A model generated the notes under the pieces. The model was given only the letters and a program-made list of their open reading frames with translations, ran no database searches and was not told the DNA's origin. 32,489 nt of DNA, from the NCBI GenBank assembly GCA_945878835.1, contig CAMCUG010000001.1, positions 1-32,489 of the forward strand, written 5' to 3'. Within the stretch, counting starts at the first letter, position 1. Every line of letters begins with the position of its first letter. Below are positions 26,545 to 32,489 of this stretch, piece by piece. Origin of the DNA: Chryseobacterium gleum (GTDB lineage: Bacteria > Bacteroidota > Bacteroidia > Flavobacteriales_D > Sanyastnellaceae). Made by a program: the position numbers and the translations under genes.

Positions 26545-28779
26545 TTATCTAGAAAGCACAATGTGCCCATAGATAATCTCGTCGTCTCCGAATTGAGACT
26601 TGTAAAGAATCTTATAAGAATACGCTCCATTGGGGGCGTAATAATCACCACCGCGAACACTGCCAGTCCAGAAGAAGTTCTGCTTGTTTCCTTCGAAAAT
26701 AGGTGCTCCCCAACGATCGAAGATCTTAATTTCTATTTCGTTGAGTTGATCGAAGACAGGAAACCAAACATCGTTTATCCCATCGTTGTTTGGCGTGAAA
26801 CTGTTGGGGACAAAAAGGGTGAATTCACACTTTTCGTAAACAATCTCAATTGTTTCAATTAGCGTTCCACAATAATTCGTTGACGTTAGAGTGTAAGTGC
26901 CTGTTACAGTTGGAATAATTGATGTACTTGTTTCGGATGTACTCCAACTGTATGTTTCAGCTAGATTTTCACCGGCGTTAAGCGTTATTGGAAGGTCAGA
27001 GCAGCGAGTGATAGAATCAGGCAGCACATCCATTGGAGCGTAGTCCATGAAGACATCAATACTATCAAGAGAAATACAAACACCATCATTAACCACAACA
27101 CTATAATTACCAGGAGAGGTAACACTTAGAATCGTCGCAAAACTGCTTGTGCTCCATGTGCCAGGAGCTCCTGCATTTAAACTTAAAAGAGCTCCTTCAC
27201 AAATGGTGGTGTCGTTCCCTAAGTCAACAATGGGAGGGAATTGAAAGGTGATATTCACAGTGTCGGCGCTTATACAACCGAGTGTATTGAGGCTCTGTGA
27301 ATAGAGGCCTGACGAGGTTGTCGTAATCTGATTAGAAATTACACTGGTGTTCCAAAGACCTGTTGAATTCGAATTTATTGTTGCGGTTTCTCCAATGCAA
27401 AGAAATTGATCTTGTCCAAGATATACCGCTGGTGCAGAAATTTCATACGCGATAATACTTTCTGCTGTTGAGCAAAAATCGTTGAACAGCAAGACGGAAT
27501 AATTGCCGCCAGAGGTAATAGGTAAAGTGGATGCTGTCGAGCCGTCAAGGTTCCAACTGAATGCTGTTGCGTTTGACAAGGGGTCGAGAGTAATAATTTG
27601 TCCTGTGCAGAAATAAACACTGTCGGACCAAGTTGCAATTGGATATAGTAATTCAGAAATGATGATCGCGTCGTTCACACTACATATGCCATTGAAAGCG
27701 GTGAATGTATAGGTTCCAGCTCCAGAAATTGTTGGAGTCGTTGTAGTTTGTCCGCTGGTTATTGAGCCTGTATTAGTTGTCCAGATCATGTTGGTATATG
27801 CACCGGAAACTTGAGCGTTGAGAGTCAAAACGCTGTTGTCGCAAACGATAGAATCAGCAGGGACGGATATTACCGGGTAGGGGATTGTAGTAGCTAAAAC
27901 GGAATATTGATGAGGTATTCCGCACAGGTCAGAATACGAAATGGTGAATGTGGTGTCTGAGGACAATATTGCAGTGATGGTTGCTGCATTTGGATTGTTG
28001 ATGATGCCAGCGGGTTCCCACTGAATATTTGATGCAGCATTTGCAGGTGCATTCAAAGTTAAAATACTGCCTTCACATATTGGTTGAGGCGGAACCAAAG
28101 GGTTTACGCTGCTTGGAAGACAAACCGTCTGTAAATTATTTAACCCTCCTGTGCTTCCTGCAAAACCATAGTAAACAATTGGGTTTCCTAAGAATATACT
28201 GTTGACCATGTCAATGGTTGCACTTAATCGGAGGCTGCAATCGAAGTAGCAACTGAAAGTCATTGTTGGAGCATTCCATACCATGCGCACTTGGTGGCTA
28301 GTATTGTCCTCAATATTAGCATTTGTTGCATTGGCTTGAACGGGTCCAGCGAGGTTGTTCGCGGAGCCATGATTAACAACACCGTTTTTCATGAAAGCAA
28401 TGTGATCGTACCACGGGTCTGAGTTTGGACTTGCATTCTGGTAAGAATCAAACTCGACAGCGAATCCAGTAGGCAAGCCTTCGAATCCCATTCCTCCACC
28501 ACCAATTCCTAAAACGTTGGTTCCGGCTGGCTGAAGGATGAAACAATTCCCGTCAGCCCCTCCATCGTTTGCTCCGAAACTCATTGTGAAATTTAAGTCA
28601 AAGCTCTGCGTTAAATTTATGGTTGAAGTAGACCAAACCGAGCCGTTTTGGGTATTGAAGGCGGGGGTAAGTGTGAAGCAATTCCCACCAGTCGAAAAGG
28701 CGCTACCATTTGTAACAAACTGTCCGAAGGTAGTTATAGTGAAAAGTACAAAAACAAATACAGCAAGTGTAAATCGCAT
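26545..28779 (-). CDS. Cell-surface protein: signal peptide, L-type (legume-like) lectin domain, six Cys-bounded Ig-like repeats, T9SS type B (CHU_C/gliding-motility) C-terminal domain
   Basis: The lectin-like region covers about aa 20-225 (GADGNCFILQP..GFAVEFDSYQN..DHIAF..YYGFAGSTGG). The repeats start at CEGSILTLNAP, VCDNSVLTLNAQ, FCTGQIITLDP, LCIGETATINS, ICEGALLSLNAG and RCSDLPITLNAG. The tail is FVPNSFTPNNDGINDVWFPV...YSYKILY...GHIVLSR. Confidence 0.9.
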   Translation of the reverse strand: MRFTLAVFVFVLFTITTFGQFVTNGSAFSTGGNCFTLTPAFNTQNGSVWSTSTINLTQSFDLNFTMSFGANDGGADGNCFILQPAGTNVLGIGGGGMGFEGLPTGFAVEFDSYQNASPNSDPWYDHIAFMKNGVVNHGSANNLAGPVQANATNANIEDNTSHQVRMVWNAPTMTFSCYFDCSLRLSATIDMVNSIFLGNPIVYYGFAGSTGGLNNLQTVCLPSSVNPLVPPQPICEGSILTLNAPANAASNIQWEPAGIINNPNAATITAILSSDTTFTISYSDLCGIPHQYSVLATTIPYPVISVPADSIVCDNSVLTLNAQVSGAYTNMIWTTNTGSITSGQTTTTPTISGAGTYTFTAFNGICSVNDAIIISELLYPIATWSDSVYFCTGQIITLDPLSNATAFSWNLDGSTASTLPITSGGNYSVLLFNDFCSTAESIIAYEISAPAVYLGQDQFLCIGETATINSNSTGLWNTSVISNQITTTSSGLYSQSLNTLGCISADTVNITFQFPPIVDLGNDTTICEGALLSLNAGAPGTWSTSSFATILSVTSPGNYSVVVNDGVCISLDSIDVFMDYAPMDVLPDSITRCSDLPITLNAGENLAETYSWSTSETSTSIIPTVTGTYTLTSTNYCGTLIETIEIVYEKCEFTLFVPNSFTPNNDGINDVWFPVFDQLNEIEIKIFDRWGAPIFEGNKQNFFWTGSVRGGDYYAPNGAYSYKILYKSQFGDDEIIYGHIVLSR

Positions 28780-28814
28780 TTCCCGAAAGTACGATGTTTT
28801 TAGAATAATAAAAT

Positions 28815-28836
28815 AAAGCCCTCTATTGAGGGCTTT
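28815..28836 (-). terminator. Terminator hairpin downstream of tRNA-Val
   Basis: AAAGCCCTC (28815-28823), loop TATT, GAGGGCTTT (28828-28836). The minus-strand tail is AUUUUAUUAUU. Confidence 0.6.
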
Positions 28837-28842
28837 ATTAAG

Positions 28843-28917
28843 TGGGAATTACTGGGTTCGAACCAGTGACCCTCTGCTTGTAAGGCAGATGCTCTGAACC
28901 AGCTGAGCTAAACTCCC
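28843..28917 (-). tRNA. tRNA-Val (anticodon TAC)
   Basis: Hand fold: acceptor GGGAGTT/AATTCCC (one G-U pair), anticodon loop CTTACAA, T arm ACTGG-TTCGAAC-CCAGT. 75 nt. Confidence 0.93.
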
Positions 28918-28934
28918 TTCCGTTTTCAGGATTG

Positions 28935-28964
28935 CAAATATAGATAGTGAATCTGATTCTCCAA
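28935..28964 (-). promoter_or_regulatory. Bacteroidota sigma-A promoter for tRNA-Val (TTG-N19-TATATTTG)
   Basis: On the minus strand, TTG is at 28964-28962, the spacer is exactly 19 nt, and TATATTTG is at 28942-28935, about 17 nt before the mature tRNA 5' end. Confidence 0.55.
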
Positions 28965-28970
28965 AAAAAA

Positions 28971-29405
28971 TTATACGTTTTCTTCCGATTCGTCTTCAGC
29001 GGAAGCTTCAGAAGTATCGAAATCAAGCATATCACGACTTTTTAAAAGTCCATACCAGCTAAATAATTTCTTGATATCGCTGTCGTAAACACGATCCTCA
29101 TCAAAGTCAGGAAGAACTTTTCTGAATTCTTCGCGCAACGCTGGGCCAGACAAACTACTTGAAGGACCTTCAGCTTCCGCATAAATATTTTTCATGTTTA
29201 AAAGCACTTGCTTTAACGTCACATCTTCCTCATAGGTGAACATGCTAATGTCGGCCAAGGTACTTACACGCTGGGTGCTTAGGATTGGCTGACGCTTTCC
29301 GTCAACTAATGATTCTGCGACCACGGCTACTTTACCTGCCGACAACACTTTGAACAATCCGGATTTTCCAGATACTGAAATAATTTTTTCTAACTCTGTT
29401 GCCAT
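28971..29405 (-). CDS. Conserved Bacteroidota protein, probably DUF5606 family, with an acidic C-terminal tail
   Basis: 144 aa. The ISVSGKSGLFKVLS...VAESL.DGKR.P......VS.LADISMFT pattern resembles DUF5606 as I recall it. A TAGATTTG -7 box lies at 29433-29426. Confidence 0.75.
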   Translation of the reverse strand: MATELEKIISVSGKSGLFKVLSAGKVAVVAESLVDGKRQPILSTQRVSTLADISMFTYEEDVTLKQVLLNMKNIYAEAEGPSSSLSGPALREEFRKVLPDFDEDRVYDSDIKKLFSWYGLLKSRDMLDFDTSEASAEDESEENV

Positions 29406-29492
29406 ACTTATTTTTTGAATGGAGGCAAATCTAATCAGTTCGAATAGAAAATTATCAATTCGATGTATAATTTTTCTCTCTAACTTGGCCTC

Positions 29493-30515
29493 ATGAATGC
29501 AAACATTCTTATTCTTTATGCCGGAGGGACCATTGGTATGTGGGAAGATTCCGCAACTGGCACCCTTGTTCCACTTGATCTTAAAGATTTAAATAAGTAC
29601 CTTCCCGAGATTCAAGGGTTGAACGTGACCTATGAAGGAATTTCTCTGAAAACGCCCATGGATAGCGCTGAATTAACACCAACTGTTTGGACTGAATTGG
29701 TTGAAATCATTGAAACCAACTATGCGTCGTTCGATGGTTTTGTTATCCTCCACGGCACAGATACAATGGCTTACACCGCTTCGGCTTTGAGTTTTATGAT
29801 TCAGGGTTTGAATAAGCCAATTATTCTAACCGGATCGCAATTACCACTGGGAAGACTTCGCACAGATGGAAGAGAGAATTTTATTACAGCTATAGAAATT
29901 GCTTCGACAAGAAAAAACAATGAGCCGATGGTGCAAGAAGTGGCCATTTGTTTTGGAGAACGTCTCATGCGTGGCAATCGCAGCTGGAAAGCAAACACAG
30001 AAATCTTTGACGCGTTCGACTCTCCGAATTATGACAACCTGGCTACCATTGGAACACATATTATTTTCAATGAGCAAATTCTTTTTCGTTCTAATAGACC
30101 GTTGACCTTTACAAAAGAAATGACGGAAGGTGTTGGTGTGTTGAAATTATATCCTGGTATTCTTCCTTCTTCTATTGCCTACGCATTGGCTCGTCCGAAT
30201 ATGAAGGTTTGCATTATTGAGTCCTTCGGTGCAGGGAATGTCCCTCGTAATGCAGAGTTTTTAAATGTGTTCAAGGAAGCCGTTGAAAGGGGTGTTTCAA
30301 TAATCAACATTTCTCAATGCAGAAGGGGAAGAGTAGATGAGCGACTATATAAAACTGGAAAGGCCTTCGCAGAAGTTGGGGCTATTTTCGGAAATGACCT
30401 GACTTTTGAAGCTGCCATAACCAAGAGTATGTTCTTGTTGGCACAAGGATTATCTGGAGACGATTTCCGTAAGGCACTGCTAGAAAATATCGCAGGTGAG
30501 TTAAGTGTAAATTAA
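29493..30515 (+). CDS. ansA: L-asparaginase, type I (cytoplasmic)
   Basis: 340 aa with ILILYAGGTIGM (catalytic Thr motif) and VILHGTDTMAYTASALSF. Confidence 0.93.
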   Translation: MNANILILYAGGTIGMWEDSATGTLVPLDLKDLNKYLPEIQGLNVTYEGISLKTPMDSAELTPTVWTELVEIIETNYASFDGFVILHGTDTMAYTASALSFMIQGLNKPIILTGSQLPLGRLRTDGRENFITAIEIASTRKNNEPMVQEVAICFGERLMRGNRSWKANTEIFDAFDSPNYDNLATIGTHIIFNEQILFRSNRPLTFTKEMTEGVGVLKLYPGILPSSIAYALARPNMKVCIIESFGAGNVPRNAEFLNVFKEAVERGVSIINISQCRRGRVDERLYKTGKAFAEVGAIFGNDLTFEAAITKSMFLLAQGLSGDDFRKALLENIAGELSVN

Positions 30516-31279
30516 TCCAACGAAAACAATCGCTTCGCGTTCGCTGTGGTTAGTGTCGCAATCTCGTCGAAAGACTGTCCCAACGATTTCGCAATAAATT
30601 CAACCGTGTGCGCAATGAACGCAGGTTCATTTCTCTTTCCTCGATGGGGCAGTGGTGATAGGTATGGCGCATCTGTTTCAACCACGAGTTTGTCCAAAGG
30701 AATTTTTTGAATACTTCCATCTTGATTTTTTTTGTAAGTGGAAGTACCCCCAATTCCGAAATAGAAATTGTGGTACGATGAAATTTTTCGAATTTCATTT
30801 TCACTTCCGGTGAAGCAATGAAAGACTCCGCGCAGCTCAGGACTGTCATGCTCATCGAGGCATTCAAAAATCTCTTTGAAAGATTCTCGAGCATGAATAA
30901 TCAAGGGCAGGTCAAATTCTTTGGCCCAATTAATTTGTTCGATAAATGATTTTTTTTGATTCTCAAGATTGTCTTGCTTCCAATGTAGGTCTATCCCAGT
31001 TTCACCAATGCCAATAGGCTTTACAATAGGAATAAGCGCTTTCATTCGACCTAAAACTTCTTCGAAGTCTTCGTTAACATCACAAGGATGTAAGCCAATC
31101 ATACTGTAAAAAAATGACGGATACTGCTCGCATAGCTTGAGCATAGGAGCAATGCTAGCTTCATCTATATTCGGAAGGAAAACCTTTTGTACTTCAAAAG
31201 ATTTCGCACGTTCAACGACTTCATTCAGATCTTCTTGAAAAACTTCTAAATAAACGTGGCTGTGCGTATCAATTATCAT
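30512..31279 (-). CDS. TatD family metal-dependent hydrolase/DNase
   Basis: 255 aa with the MIIDTHSHV start, GETGIDLHW, IHARES and VETDAPYLSP motifs. Confidence 0.93.
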   Translation of the reverse strand: MIIDTHSHVYLEVFQEDLNEVVERAKSFEVQKVFLPNIDEASIAPMLKLCEQYPSFFYSMIGLHPCDVNEDFEEVLGRMKALIPIVKPIGIGETGIDLHWKQDNLENQKKSFIEQINWAKEFDLPLIIHARESFKEIFECLDEHDSPELRGVFHCFTGSENEIRKISSYHNFYFGIGGTSTYKKNQDGSIQKIPLDKLVVETDAPYLSPLPHRGKRNEPAFIAHTVEFIAKSLGQSFDEIATLTTANAKRLFSLD

Positions 31280-31306
31280 TTCACAAAAGTAGTGAGTTCC
31301 TTTTGA

Positions 31307-32335
31307 ATGTATCTTGCACCCGAAATGAATTCTAGGGCAAAAATTTTAGTGATTCGATTCAGCAGTATCGGAGATATTGTTCTGACATCCCCTGTATATC
31401 GAATCCTACAAGAGCAACTCCCGCATGGCGCGGAAGTACATTTGCTTACCCAAAGTCGCTTTGCTTTTGTTCAAGAAGCAAATCCGTTTGTAAATAAGAT
31501 ATGGGCAGTAGAGAAAAGTGGAATGGAAGTTTTAAACGAGCTGAAGGATGAGAATTTCGATTATATCATTGATCTGCAGAATAGCCTCCGCTCAAGGAGT
31601 ATTCGGAAAAAGTTGGCTGTGCTTTCTTTCCAAGTAAACAAACAGAACTTGCGGAAATGGATTCAAATTAATCTAGGTCTCTGGAAAGGTTCTGTTGGAC
31701 ATATTGTTGATCGCTATCTCAGTACTCTTAAAACGTTTAAAATTTCTAATGACGGAAAGGGATTGGATTATTTCATTCCTTCAACAACGAAATCCATCGA
31801 AGATTTACTTCCAACAGATTTCATTGAAAACAATTACACAGTTATCGCTGTAGGCGGCGCGCATGAGGGGAAACGTTGGAGTGAAGAAAATTGGACAGAA
31901 CTCTCTGAAGAATTTTACGATGAAAGAATTATATGGATAGGCGGAAAGGAGGACTCAATTCAATTGAATCATTCCCCTCTTCATCTCGATTTTATTGGAA
32001 AGTGTACCGTTCATGAAAGTGCTCGAATTCTAGAACATTCGAAAGCTGTGATTTGTGGAGACACCGGAATGATGCATATTGCAGCTGCATTTAAGAAAGA
32101 TATTATTGTTTTGTGGGGATGCACTACTCCAGAGTTGGGAATGGGAGTGCACAGACCTCAGCCGAATGAAGGAGAGCACATGCATTCAGTGTATCTACAG
32201 GCGAAACGAAAAGGACGACCATGTTCGAAGCTTGGAAATTATTGCAAATACGGTATGCACAACAAGTGTATAGACGTCATTCATGTGAATCATGTTGTAG
32301 AAGCATTTAATAAATTGAAAAACAAATGGCAATGA
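31307..32335 (+). CDS. Glycosyltransferase family 9 (heptosyltransferase-like)
   Basis: 342 aa with KILVIRFSSIGDIVLTSPV and CGDTGMMHIAAAF motifs. An alternative start is the ATG at 31325. Confidence 0.88.
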   Translation: MYLAPEMNSRAKILVIRFSSIGDIVLTSPVYRILQEQLPHGAEVHLLTQSRFAFVQEANPFVNKIWAVEKSGMEVLNELKDENFDYIIDLQNSLRSRSIRKKLAVLSFQVNKQNLRKWIQINLGLWKGSVGHIVDRYLSTLKTFKISNDGKGLDYFIPSTTKSIEDLLPTDFIENNYTVIAVGGAHEGKRWSEENWTELSEEFYDERIIWIGGKEDSIQLNHSPLHLDFIGKCTVHESARILEHSKAVICGDTGMMHIAAAFKKDIIVLWGCTTPELGMGVHRPQPNEGEHMHSVYLQAKRKGRPCSKLGNYCKYGMHNKCIDVIHVNHVVEAFNKLKNKWQ

Positions 32336-32489
32336 AAACAGTATCACCAAAGGAAACGCTAACGATAGCTACGCATTTCGTACTTCCTGAAAACACCAAC
32401 ACGTTGGGAAATCTTATGGGGGGACAGCTCCTGAATTGGTTAGACATTGCATCTGCAATATCAGCGCATAGACTTTGCAAAAGAGTAGT
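32332..32489 (+). CDS. Acyl-CoA thioesterase (hotdog fold, YciA-like), 3'-truncated by the window edge
   Basis: The ATG overlaps the GT9 stop (ATGA). MKTVSPKETLTIATHFVLPENTNTLGNLMGGQLLNWLDIASAISA matches the thioesterase N-terminus. Confidence 0.8.
   Translation, partial: MKTVSPKETLTIATHFVLPENTNTLGNLMGGQLLNWLDIASAISAHRLCKRV

Noticed and set aside
28838-29035. 65-aa minus-strand ORF
   Set aside because: It overlaps tRNA-Val and the 3' end of the DUF5606 gene, and no independent signal supports it.

Overview
This is a Bacteroidota-type chromosomal segment. The phylum call rests on three T9SS cargo proteins, TTG-N19-TAnnTTTG promoters and A-rich leaders without Shine-Dalgarno sequences; a Flavobacteriales (Crocinitomicaceae/Cryomorphaceae-like) origin is only an inference. 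The core (about 9.3-24 kb, all on the minus strand) is the conserved translation/transcription block: rpsU, a xer-like tyrosine recombinase with hpf, tRNA-Thr/Tyr/Gly/Thr with tuf, tRNA-Trp with secE-nusG, then rplK-rplA-rplJ-rplL and rpoB-rpoC. The left flank (1-9.3 kb) looks accessory. It holds a T9SS esterase (partial), a CrtA-like protein, a solitary RhuM-Doc(Fic) fusion, a photolyase/cryptochrome, a possible 34-aa Lys-rich ORF, a DUF985 cupin, a Met-rich acidic membrane-anchored protein, a Cys-cluster lipoprotein and a MopE-motif/PKD T9SS protein. The right flank (24-32.5 kb) is mostly housekeeping: acyl-CoA dehydrogenase, apt, a ComEA-like protein, a 744-aa lectin/Ig-repeat T9SS type B adhesin, tRNA-Val, DUF5606, ansA, TatD, a GT9 glycosyltransferase and a partial thioesterase. 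I found no rRNA, CRISPR array, transposase, prophage or recognisable multi-gene defence system. The most unusual items are the antitoxin-less RhuM-Doc cassette with imperfect flanking direct repeats, and the regulatory architecture of the core block. That architecture includes a promoter nested in a terminator, tandem attenuators ahead of a TTG-initiated rpoB, and a structured rplK leader. All homology calls come from motif recognition by eye, not from database searches.
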